DNA from: Fimbriosthenelais zetlandica
Taxonomy: Eukaryota
NCBI GenBank assembly: GCA_977030845.1
Contig: OZ365113.1
Span: 21,080,001 to 21,144,000 of the forward strand
Reading direction: 5' to 3'
Length of the DNA stretch: 64,000 nucleotides
Shown here: positions 1 through 19,349 of the stretch, piece by piece
Numbering within the stretch: the stretch's first letter is position 1
Layout: every line of letters begins with the position of its first letter
Notes under the pieces: generated by a model
Told to the model about the DNA's origin: nothing
Seen by the model: the letters and a program-made list of their open reading frames with translations, nothing else
Databases searched by the model: none
Translations under genes and position numbers: made by a program

Positions 1-436
1 CTAAATTTAGTATCTTTTATGATTAAACTGTGGATAACACATACTATATAAAGCCCTGTCTGAAAATTAAAATCTGAAATTAAGTTAAACAAATCTTGAT
101 TCTCTTCTATCTAGCAGAAACATCGATCTCGACCAAAGACGAGGCCTAAAGATCCGCCAGAAACGCGAGGGAAGGAGACAAACTCTTCCCCTAAAAAGAA
201 AGCTAAGACAGGGCCTATCGTTATATACAACATCTCCTGTCTGCTGCCTGTCTCACAAAAACTGGCTGAATCATATGTGTAGGTCTTAATTCCTTCTCTC
301 AATATTGGGTTTGATTTATCACCCTCTTTAATTCAGATTGCTGACTTTTGTCACAAATTAAACCATTGCTCATAAGTGGTGATGATAGACATGTTGAACT
401 TTAAAGTTCATTTTGTGATTTATTTGCGATTTTTAG

Positions 437-3400
437 GTTGGAGGGAGAGAGTGTTAGTGATGTTTGTACAAAGAATGCAGCTGCTGCCTTGACAGTTGGA
501 CGTCGAGATCTTGTACAGGTAAATATTTTACTTCACCTTCACTTTATTTCATCGAATCAATTTTATTTAATGTCAGATAATTAACTTTAATATCTTTAAT
601 AATATCTTTGTACCAGGTTTGGTCATTGATGGCCATGGCCAGTGACAAGATGTTAGAACCCAGTATCAACCCAGACAAAGAGACACCCTGGCCGTGCCAT
701 CCTATGGGACGTAAACTCCTCAAATCACTGTAAGTTCACATATATGATCTCCTAAAAAAATAATATTAAAAATAATACATAAAATATGGAACTATTTATT
801 TACAAGCCTCGACTTACACCTTCCCACCTACTCTAGTCATTGCTGTGGCACCCACGAAGAGTTATATATATATATTTGTGCTTAATATATTATCACTGTC
901 ATTCATTTAACTTGTTTATTTTCAGTATCCAGCATTTCAGTGCTATATATGATGTACAGACTGTAGCCATGCTCTGTTGTGTCTTTGGTTCTAAATGTAC
1001 TGGTCCAAAATCGGCAGTATCTACCCCAACAGGCTCATCTCGATCTCCCTCAGAACAAAACTTCAACAACGTAAGTTTTTTCTATTTTAATATTTTATCA
1101 TGAAATATTAAAAAGGGATATTTCTCTCAGATGGAAATATCCATTGATATTAAGTTATACAAATAATAAATTTTATTGCAATAAATATATCAGCTTTTAT
1201 CTTTGGAGTAGGAGTTGTATTTGCCATGAAGTGTGTGATTTTAATATAGTATTTCAGGTAGAAATCTTTGAGGAATGACTAAAATTTGGATAGATTTTTT
1301 TTTATCTAGTTGGGGATGAGCTTAGATTGAAATTGAAATATTGACTTCTAAGATCTTATTCTCTCTGACTTTGCCCATGAACTGGTTTCTTTGTTTTAAA
1401 GTACAGCAAAAATAAAGCTCGTGCCGCGAGTGCCACTGCCCAAGTCAGTATTAAACGAGTGACGGTGTGTTGTGATATGAACTAAACCTAAATATCTCAA
1501 CCTAGATTTAATTTGTACGGTTTCCATGCTTGTAGATACAAGATTGCATTTGATACATAAACCTGTTTACAGGGATATGTGATAACCCATCACATGAAAT
1601 CACTGGTAACTTTTATCATTATGTTGTGTTAAGATAACATTTACATCAGCATTTATTCTTTTTTTCTTCTGTCAAGACTTGAGGCATTGCAAAGAACTTG
1701 TGTTTGCCTGAAGGCTGAAGAAATAACCTATTGAGAAGTTCGTGTTTTTTCCGTTCAATTAATCCAAGAGTGATAGGAAGGAATCTAATTTTGAATAATG
1801 TCAGAGATATGGTTTTTAAACAAAGTTGGGAATTGAGAAAAACTATTTGCAGTTCATTGACACTAGTAACTGTTGTCTCTATAAACATATTTTCCCGCTC
1901 CTCATTCTATTTTATGTCCTGACTCCTGACCTGTCATACTCCAAAATTCCATGTTTTATGGTTGAATGTTTTAACCATTTTTACTGAGAATATTTTTCAC
2001 TGACACAAGCTGTACGATTAAGCAATCCTTTTAATGTGGACTGGGCAGTTGTATTAATGTGTTACATTAATTTTGAAGAAATCTTTGACAATAAATGATT
2101 GATTTAGCCCTGTACAGATTCACATTTCAGAGGACCAAGAACATTGCCCAGTCCACACATTTCTTTTGGATTTTCTATAACAAGTTTACTTTTAATACGA
2201 ACAATATCATATTTCTATATACTAAAAGAGTAAGACTTTACTTGTGTTTTAATCATTTTTTTGGTTCTTCAATACATATTTCATATGCATGGTAAAACAC
2301 ACGTACATGTAGATGATTTTGACATTTTGAATTCGTGATTTCATTCGATCTTTATCTCAAACTTTTATCACTCTATTAGAAGTATTTAAGCTTTTATACA
2401 CAACTTGTCAACCGTTCATTATTACCCTGCCAAACTCCAATCAACAACCCTTCTCATTCTCCATATAAGAATTAATCTATTTTCTAAATTTATCTATAAA
2501 GAAATTCAAATCTAGAATTCATTTTTAAAACTTAATACCTAAATATATGTTTTTAATAATAAAAACAACAAAGAAATCTCCTTTCTATTAACTAAAGAAA
2601 GATTTTGTTAATCTGAATTTTTCCTTTTTGTAATTGTGTTGTGGAAACAAGCTGGTTGTTTGGTAGGATTAAGACATGGTAATAATAATCATCTCCACGC
2701 ATGTTTCATCTCTGTGTGTCTTTGTGTGTGTTTGGTATGTCATTTCTTTGGTTTTTGGCAGACGGACCCGAGTTCTCTTTCGCCCATGACAGACGGCAAC
2801 ATGACGTGGGCAAGTAAGTCTAGAGAAACAAAATCTTCCCCATTCCTCTCTCCCCGTCTCGTCTCCATTACTAAACGGCTAGAGAAACTCAACATAAAAT
2901 ATAGATTAGAAATCGTGTAATTGAGGAATGTAATATCAAATAGTAATTCTTCTTGGACTCGGAAATCTTGGATTCTACCAATTATTGAATTTGTCTAGCC
3001 ATTTCTACCTGACACTTTATACCAACGTTTGCTAAGGCTCTGCCTTTTCGGAATCTCATCACATTCTCTCTGTAAAAGACACTATATTTATGTATGGAGT
3101 GTCGGGTTCTTTGGTGACCTATGACTGCCCCGTTCTCTGTACTAGCTTCTCCACGCTATAGCATGTTAACAGACAGCCAGCAAAGCTTCCTGTGCAGTGT
3201 CTATACCCTAACGCCAATTCATCAAGATGATTTCTTTCAGAGTGTCGTTTCAAATCCCAAAGCATTTCCACTGTTGCAATTGGCTAACCTTTGAAATCTA
3301 AAGTCGTGGGGGTCTTTATAGGAAATTAAATTCTTATTCTGTTAGCTATGAAGACAATACTGATGATATTTATGAATAACCATCATTGGTAATTTTAGAA

Positions 3401-6328
3401 CTTAGTATTGCTTAAAATTGATTCTTTAAAATTATAGGCCTGGACTATAGGAAAAGAATTGCCCTGATTTTATGAAATTGAATTTTGCAGAATATAGAAA
3501 GAAAGGACGCGGAGGTAAAAAGAACTAATCCCAGATATAAGTTAACAGTTGTTCAAATTGTATTATTTGGGGAAAAGTCACATAAAATGTTCTTTAAATT
3601 TTAACATTTTTGTGTAGGCTTGCCGGGGACTAGTCGCAATGTTTTTAACAGGTTTTAACATAAAGAATCTTAGGGAAAGTTTACGTTGAAATTGTTTCTG
3701 TTTTTCTACTAATACGGTAATTGTACCTTAGATTCAAGGGTACGGTGTAATAGAGGTTTTCCTTTGTTTTGTAGCAAAAAAACCTTTGGCTTGTTCCCAA
3801 GGATTATAATTGAAAAAGGCAAAAGTCTCATGTCCCAAAATATGAAGGAGTGATTTTTTTTCTCAGATGAATGTGTATCATCTAAGATAAGTGTCAATAG
3901 ATATTTACTCAGACAACAGTTGGAATGCAGGAGATCTTGTGTGGAACACCTCACTGCTACTCTCACCAGGGTCAAGGTTGCCAAGGCAACGCCACCCAAC
4001 ATTGACCAGATCCATGCTGGCTTCTACATATAGCCTGCAGTCAGCATGTATCATTAGTCTACATGAATCATTGTACCTATATAACTATATACCATTATTT
4101 ACACACAAATTATATATCTTTCCTCTTTTCTTTTTCCCTTTTTCATTCCAATTTGCCCATGGGCTGGTTATTAACTGGCATCCCCGTATACAGTACAGCC
4201 CCTATCATACCATACACCCGTCAGACACTACTCTGAAGGGATGGAACTTCAGTAAGTTATGCAACACCCCAGTTTATGCACCCAGGTTTTGTACTTTCTG
4301 GCCTTTTATTTCCCCCCTTGCTAACACGAAACCTTCCCCCCTTGCACATGTGTTGTGGAGTGTCGTGAAAATTGGTTGAAATGTGAAGAAATCCAACCTT
4401 CAATGGTTTCCACCGAGTCCAGTATTTTAATGTAGGTTGCTATATAGAATGCATCACACAATCTCGCTGATATGTTCATTTGTTCTTTAATTTATTCTCT
4501 CCTAGCTGCTGATGTATCATTACGATTTAGATATATTTCAAAATTTGTGTTTGAGGACACACTTCTGACTCAACAATTTCACTGAAGGATATTTCGTGGA
4601 AAATTTTGAAATATTTTTGTTATCAAACCTAGCATAAAATTTGTTTTCTGAGCGCGTCTATTTGCGCTTTATTTTTGTAGAGATAAGTTTTTTAACATGG
4701 TTAAAACTTACACTATAACTTAAGGGCGTTTCACTCATTTTTTGTTCACTTCCTACAATGTATCCATGACTGAAAATCTATTTTATTTGCCGAAAAACTG
4801 GCAAAACTCTAATTGATTTTATGTTACTTTAAAATCCTAGATAAGATGCATGGTTCAGTACTTCGCATGGTGTTGCCATTGGAATAAAATGTATTCCTTA
4901 CTGTATTTTCTGTACATTTATGTAGATTCGACACAGAATCCTGAAACCATAGATGTACCTTATTGTTTCACAACTCTGAATTTTAGTCTAGAATATATGT
5001 GTTTTGTTCGTAGTATCATATTAGTCATTTAACTTGAAGCTTGCTTTGCAACGAGATCTTTCTATCTCCTTTTACAAGGGTAATCCATATGATCGAAATT
5101 TAGTGATATCAATGCCACCTCAGCCTATGGAAAATCAGAATGTGTTCTTAAGCCTTAAGATTGTAATCTGTTAAATTTATCCATGGAATATCTGTGTAGT
5201 TTGTAATTACATTTCCCATTTTTGTAACTCTCACTTTATGAATTCATTTTAAGGCGTTCGTGTTTTATTCCAGCTGTTACTAAAATGAAGAGGTCCAACA
5301 GTTGTTCCGAGTTGTATGACGACTACCGTTATCATGAAGAGGCCAGAGACCCGGCCGAGGCTGAGAAAGAACAACATGAAAAAAATATCACGTTAGTTGT
5401 ACAAATATTTTTAACATTCCTTTCAAGTACTTTTCGACTTCCAAATCCTGAAATATACAAAAACAGTTTCATCTCATGGCTTAGCTCTGACATTATAACG
5501 AGAATGAATTTTGTTCTTCAGCCTTCTCGATCCGACTGCTGTACACCAGTATGATGAGTATAAGAAAGCCTACGCTGACATCCTGTACAGAATGCAGCTA
5601 TTGACTCGCAGCTCCGAGGTTCTCAAGTTCGTCTCCTGCCCTTCTGCATCATATGAGGGTCCAGGTGAGGCTTCCAACGCTTAACAAAGAATCTCAATCT
5701 GAAGTCTCCTAAATTCTGAAGTATGGGAGAGTTCTAAAGCAATTTAGATTTCAGAGTGACCAATTCTCAAGTCGGAACCCTTGTCAATGACCCCTTTCTG
5801 ATTGCCTAACTCTTTCTTAGGTCTGAACTTTTTCTGAAGTTATGTTTCAAAGCATTAATGTAACATGTTTTTACTCTTGCAGAATTCCATGTGATTTGTC
5901 AGCACTGTTCGTCTAAAGGTCGCTCTGCACAATGTAATACATGTAGAAAATACAGCATCACCTGCTCACTCTGCCAAACTGTGGTCAAAGGTAAGTCTTT
6001 CCTCCTATCCCAAATCATTTATTTCTGAAGATTTCCTCCTTTCTATTTCAATATCCTTCTTTCCAAATGACGCCTGTAGAATATTTCTATATCTAATAGA
6101 TATTACATGGATTATTTGTGTATTTTTCTCGGTCAAATCTGTCATTTTTACCTTAGAATTTCATTGATAGTATCTGTATTTCATTGTGTTGCAGGGTCGG
6201 CCAGTTTCTGCATATTTTGTGGTCATGGCGGTCATGGTAATCACATGTATGACTGGTTCACTCAGCACTCAGTCTGCCCCACAGGTTGTGGTTGTGAATG
6301 TATACATGATGTCCCAGCAGAAGAATAA
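437..6328 (+). CDS. WDR59: WD repeat-containing protein 59 (GATOR2/SEA complex subunit), 3' portion; 5' exons lie upstream of the window
   Basis: GT-AG exons in consistent phase: 437-518 (LEGESVSDVCTKNAAAALTVGRRDLVQ), 617-729 (VWSLMAMASDK...ETPWPCHPMGRKLLKSL), 926-1070 (IQHFSAIYDVQTVAMLCCVF...), 2762-2813, 5274-5391, 5522-5664 (LLDP...QYDEYKKAYADILYR...EVLKFVSCP), 5883-5990 (CQHC...CNTC...CSLCQTVVKG) and 6195-6328 (SASFCIFCGHGGHGNHMYDWF...CPTGCGCEC, TAA). These match the WDR59 C-terminal region and RING-like zinc finger. Weaker candidate linker exons: 1402-1443, 1573-1605, 3913-4047. Confidence 0.95.
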
Positions 6329-6706
6329 ACCCAGGTTACAAAGTGAGTCGCACTAGAGATAAGAACACAAATTTTCATTTTCAGACTATGTGTCAAGATT
6401 TGCGCACAAATGTTCATTAAAAAATACTGATCAGAATGGTACACGGCTGATCGTCTCACACGTACGCTTTACTGGTATGTCGATTGCATTTTGAACATGT
6501 GGAAAGCTTTCAAATTTCAGCTACAAAATAATGATACAGCTTTCTCCGACAATTCTAGCAAATATTTTGCCCGAAATGGTTGTATTGTTCTGCCATTGGT
6601 ACAAGAAGCGTAGACAGTCTGGCTGATGTGTGATTCACTAGATGGGAGCTAATGGTTGTTGAAATAATTATATTTATATATCAACCTTACTATGTACAGA
6701 TTTGTT

Positions 6707-6712
6707 AATAAA
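6707..6712 (+). terminator. Probable WDR59 polyadenylation signal AATAAA
   Basis: AATAAA about 380 nt after the WDR59 stop, followed by AT/T-rich sequence, before the RPL13 3' end. Confidence 0.55.
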
Positions 6713-6895
6713 AAATGTATATAATACATTATATTTTACTCCATACTTCGTCATTAAATTATGTGTATCAGCTTTTGATATGAAAGGCTTTCAGGACAAA
6801 TTGTACGCAAAGCGATTATAATCTACAGAAAACACAACACATGGATTCTTCTTGATGTGCCCCTTTTAATCTGAATTTGTACAATAAGCCTATAT

Positions 6896-8436
6896 TTATT
6901 TCTTGCTTTCTGCTTCTTCGGCGGCTTTCTTGGCGCGGGCTCCGTGGAGTCTCTTGTGTGCGCGTGCTTGGCGGAGAGCGACAAACACGGATGCCTTCTT
7001 CTCCTCGGCAGTGATGGCACGGGCCTTGACACGGCGAGGCTTCTGGGTGATGGGCATAACGTCACCCTTAACTTGAGTTGCCATCTTGATCTCTTCAGGC
7101 TGAAAATAAATATTAAACAAATTAATGACAGGACCAAATCTAAGGAAAATGTATCTGCCGGCCAGATACCTTCATGTATTATGGAATAGAAATTTATCTC
7201 CAAAAGATTAACATTCAGAAGAGATTTTAGACATGAGCCATGATCAGTTCAAAGTTTGAATCAGTTGATTTCATTAGTCTAACATGTAGAATAACATCAT
7301 GTCACAGCTCAGTCTGGATAGATCTTTTTACATTTAGAACTAAGAAATATCACTACAAACAATAACACTTAAAATAGGCATCTTTGAGGAATTAAAATAA
7401 ATTTCATGAAGGATGATCACAACTCGTAATAAATTAGGCAAGATCCTGAAAACTTGGATCCGATTCTAATCGTTACACTATTAAATAGTGCACTGAACTT
7501 TGATCAGTTTAAAATTATAATCATTCCTTTCATTAGTCTAACATGTTGAAACATCATATCAAATTTGTCAGTGCAATTATTGGAACAAATGAGTTTAACA
7601 GCTATTGCTACGAATGTCTGATGATCCTAATGGACAGTATAATAGAACACTTACAGTAGCCTCTCCCTTCTTGGGCTTCTTGGGGTTCCTGGGGAAGAGG
7701 ATGAGCTTGCTGCGGTACTCCTTCAATCTCTGTACATTATGTTGGAGTGATTCTACAGACTTGTTACGTCTGCGGTAATCAATGGCGATACCGATGGTAA
7801 GAGCCTGCCTCTTGGGGATACGAGCACCCTGCCAAATTAAAGATAGATGAGAATGGGCAAAACACAATACATTTGGCAAGCACTATAGTCTAAGCAACCA
7901 ATTTCCCTATATTATAGGCTTTTTTAAGTTCGAATTTTTATAGAGCCATGTTATGGGTGAAGCCAGCTCACAATGTTGATTAATCAAGTTCAAGTATGAT
8001 TTTCAGCTGGGGGCTCTCAGTTTGTTTTGAATTTTAATCTTCAATATACATTTCCATATAGTATGGAAGATGAATCGAAGATTACAGATAATGTACAAGA
8101 ATATAGATTGAACAGTATCTGGAAGTGATATTTAGTCATGGATTCTATTAAAAGTGGCAGACACACACACATATTAAAATTTTTGTTTACCTTCAGTTCA
8201 GCAAGTGTGAAGCCCTTGCCAGCACGGACACGTGCGTTGTACTTGAAGGTTGGGCATCTCACGACGGGTCTGAGGTTTCCACCAACAGGTTTAGGAGCGA
8301 TTGTACGGGCTTTATCAATACGTTTCTGGTGCCTCCTCTTTTTGCGCATGGGTTGGTTGAACCATGTCCTCACCCATCTTTGCCAATCCTTGTGGAAATG
8401 GGCATTGGGCACGATGTTGTTACGTTTGGGGGCCAT
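6896..8436 (-). CDS. RPL13: 60S ribosomal protein L13 (eL13), 207 aa
   Basis: Three coding exons on the minus strand: 8436-8191 ([19 protein letters not shown]...[12 protein letters not shown]), 7828-7655 (GARIPK...[31 protein letters not shown]...GEAT) and 7099-6896 (PEEIKMATQ...[23 protein letters not shown]...TAA). All junctions are GT-AG and in frame. Confidence 0.98.
7241..7304 (-). ncRNA. Box C/D snoRNA, SNORD104/snR58-like, copy A, in RPL13 intron 3
   Basis: The minus strand reads tga-c-ATGATGT (C box) ... ACATGTTAGACT-A-ATGA (guide + D') ... TGATT (C'-like) ... CTGA (D)-tca, with a 3-bp terminal stem. The 12-nt guide (7276-7287) is complementary to the conserved 28S rRNA sequence AGUCUAACAUGU. 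The D'+5 rule points to the C of GAGUC. Confidence 0.85.
7499..7563 (-). ncRNA. Box C/D snoRNA, SNORD104/snR58-like, copy B, in RPL13 intron 3
   Basis: The minus strand reads tttgat-ATGATGT ... ACATGTTAGACT-A-ATGA ... TGATT ... CTGA-tcaaa. The guide (7535-7546) and boxes are identical to copy A, the spacers have diverged, and there is a terminal stem tttgat/atcaaa. Confidence 0.88.
7920..7990 (-). repeat. Short dispersed repeat, copy 1 (RPL13 intron 2)
   Basis: The reverse complement ...cttgattaatcaacattgtgagctggcttcacccataacatggctctataaaaattcgaacttaaaaaa aligns with 12717-12787. Confidence 0.75.
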
Positions 8437-8974
8437 TTTTCAGCTAAAAATATGAAAGACAGACATTAAAACATTGGTACGAGGCAGCATAGAACTAAGA
8501 TCGTGTGAAATATACCAAAGGAATAGAATTCAAGAGACCCTTGGCCTAATATGTCAACTTGACATCACCCAAATACACATATTATCGCCCAGGAGAAAGC
8601 TGTCAAAATAAACATTTGACAATGCCATAGAATATTTCTACAATGGTAGGAAAATACTCAAAGGCGATTCTTCCAAAGAGAACATGTATATGAACTTCAA
8701 TACCGGGCTATTGGATGAAAATCATACCAATAAACAAATGATCCCCGTCACCTAAGTAGCGGCTATAGATGTGGCCGATTTCCCATGCCTCAGTGAGACA
8801 TGTCAATCTTCAAGAGGGAATAATCCAAACTTCTAGCAAATTAAAAACTAAAATACTACATAAGGGCCAAAGAGAAATATCAAATGTATGTTTATATGTA
8901 ACTACCAGACCTAAATATCCACAGATGATCGATATAAAATCGGATTTGAAAAGGGTATGCCGAAAGATACTCAC

Positions 8975-9002
8975 CTCTACGGTAATGGCCGACGGGGAAA
9001 GG
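8975..9002 (-). promoter_or_regulatory. RPL13: RPL13 non-coding exon 1 with TCT initiator / 5'TOP tract
   Basis: The minus strand reads cttcCTTTccccgtcggccattaccgtagag|GTGAGT. This is a polypyrimidine start typical of ribosomal protein mRNAs, with a perfect donor at 8974-8969. The acceptor is at 8445-8444, 7 nt before the ATG. Confidence 0.85.
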
Positions 9003-9100
9003 AAGTGGAATTGTGGGAGAGACCATAACATCCGGTTCAAGATGGCGGCTCCCAGCGAGGCGTGCGATATGAACTTTCAATAACATTGTAGTTGTGGCCG
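9001..9100. promoter_or_regulatory. Shared (bidirectional) RPL13/LARS2 promoter core
   Basis: GGAAGT (ETS-type) at 9001-9006, CAAGATGGCGGC (YY1 consensus) at 9038-9049, and TCCCACAAT and ACTACAA-like words (ZNF143/THAP11-like) on the minus strand. The sequence is locally CpG-rich and lies between two divergent genes. Confidence 0.7.
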
Positions 9101-9239
9101 TGAAGTACCAGGACTTTTGTAGTATAAACAACAGGGGAACTCCTTATAGTGTTGGGTATCTATATGTTTCATTATTTCAACTATAACCGCTGATTTACTT
9201 AGCTTATAACGCTTTTGACTTTGTGTCGGCAACGAGACG

Positions 9240-9329
9240 TGGGGCACCATACCGATTACCGGAGTTACCGGTGACCGGGCTGGGCCGGCCGGGGGCGCCG
9301 GTCGGTTGTTTCGGGAGGGGGACGATAAT
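9240..9329 (+). other. LARS2: Candidate LARS2 non-coding first exon (5' boundary uncertain)
   Basis: GC/CpG-rich stretch ending in AAT|GTATGT at 9330. The next strong acceptor (T-rich tract + CAG, 9625) opens the first coding exon. An alternative, weaker donor lies near 9157. Confidence 0.45.
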
Positions 9330-9633
9330 GTATGTTTCCTTCTCCTAAAGTATTTTTATTCATGATTAGAAAATATATGAACACAGACGTCAACAAAGTT
9401 TCTGTTCCATTTGGGGGTTTTCATTCTGACTGTCCCTAACCCGCACGTGTTATTTATAAAGCACGTGTGAGCCAAGGGGAGGGACTCGCAGTCACACACT
9501 GAGTGACTCGATAGTCCATCGTTCGGAGCTAGTCTAGCCCCTACTTCAGTACAGCAACAAGTACCATTGTATATTCGTTGAGTACAGCCATACCTTTTAA
9601 AATTATTAATCTTCTTTTTTTTCAGGGAATCTG

Positions 9634-18419
<8,786 letters not shown>

Positions 18420-19025
18420 CATAATGGTTTTTTTTTACCATTATTAAATATTTATGCCAATCGATGAACACATTACCTAACTCTCTTTCAACTTGGTGGA
18501 ATAGCTGAATCTCCTCCTGTAATGAACTTTTGCATAGACCTTTGAACTTATTCTCAGATCATTGACCTTTTTCGGAATTTCACCCCATTTGAATTCCCTC
18601 AAGCAATGCCTTAAGGTCCTCTTGAGAAAAAAACCCCCTAAGGTCCACTGAACAAAATGTTGTTAAGTGCCTGGAAGGAAAAGACTCCTAATGAATCATT
18701 CAGGGGAAGGGCATGACCAAAATGACAAACCAAAAACAGCACTCGACATCAGCTCCCACATTGTATGCTGGATGTATTGTGAACATGAAATCTTTATCCG
18801 GCTTTATAAGATTGTCGTCCCTCCAAAATGTTCCTGACTTCGGATTCTTGTTGTAGAAACGCGTCTGGCATATAAATGACATCTATTTGGAATGTCTGGA
18901 GTCTGCTAATTTCCCTCCTACTTCCTGGTTCCTTTTTCTCTCAACCTTTCCATACCTGCCATCTGTGACGTGAATAACATTTGTAAGCATCACATGACAT
19001 AATCTCTCCAATTACCTGTTTATAA

Positions 19026-19205
19026 AGATAGAGGGAGAGAGAGAGTGAGCGAGAGAGATAGCGAGAGAAAGACTTGTGGAGAGAAAGAAAGTGGATGACA
19101 GAGAGAGGGAGATAGACAGATTATAAGAGCGATAGAGAGATGCTATGAGAGAAAAAGACAGACAGAGAGAAACGGAAAGGAGGGAGACAGACTGAGAGAA
19201 AGAGA
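19026..19205. repeat. Degenerate (GA)n/(GACA/GATA)n purine-rich microsatellite
   Basis: Run of gagagaga/gacaga/gataga units, almost devoid of pyrimidine tracts. Confidence 0.85.
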
Positions 19206-19349
19206 ATGAAAGTTATATGTACAATGGAAGTGATCTGAAGAATATCATGTGAAATGCGAGAATGAAAAACCTTAGGACAATAGTATGGATTCAGAATATT
19301 AAGTCATGGATTAAAACATTGTAAATAAACTGAAATATTTTTCCAATTG

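Noticed and set aside
4045-4070. tcattagtctacatg resembling the snoRNA guide
   Set aside because: It has a 1-nt deletion, is antisense to the WDR59 transcript, and lacks flanking C/D boxes; probably chance.
8683-8800. H/ACA snoRNA in RPL13 intron 1 (two adjacent hairpins and an ACA)
   Set aside because: No ANANNA hinge between the hairpins, a very asymmetric pocket, and the ACA is too far from the second stem.
18700-18882. Minus-strand terminal exon of a gene converging on LARS2 (TRFYNKNPKSGTFW...)
   Set aside because: No recognisable homology and no supporting upstream exons.
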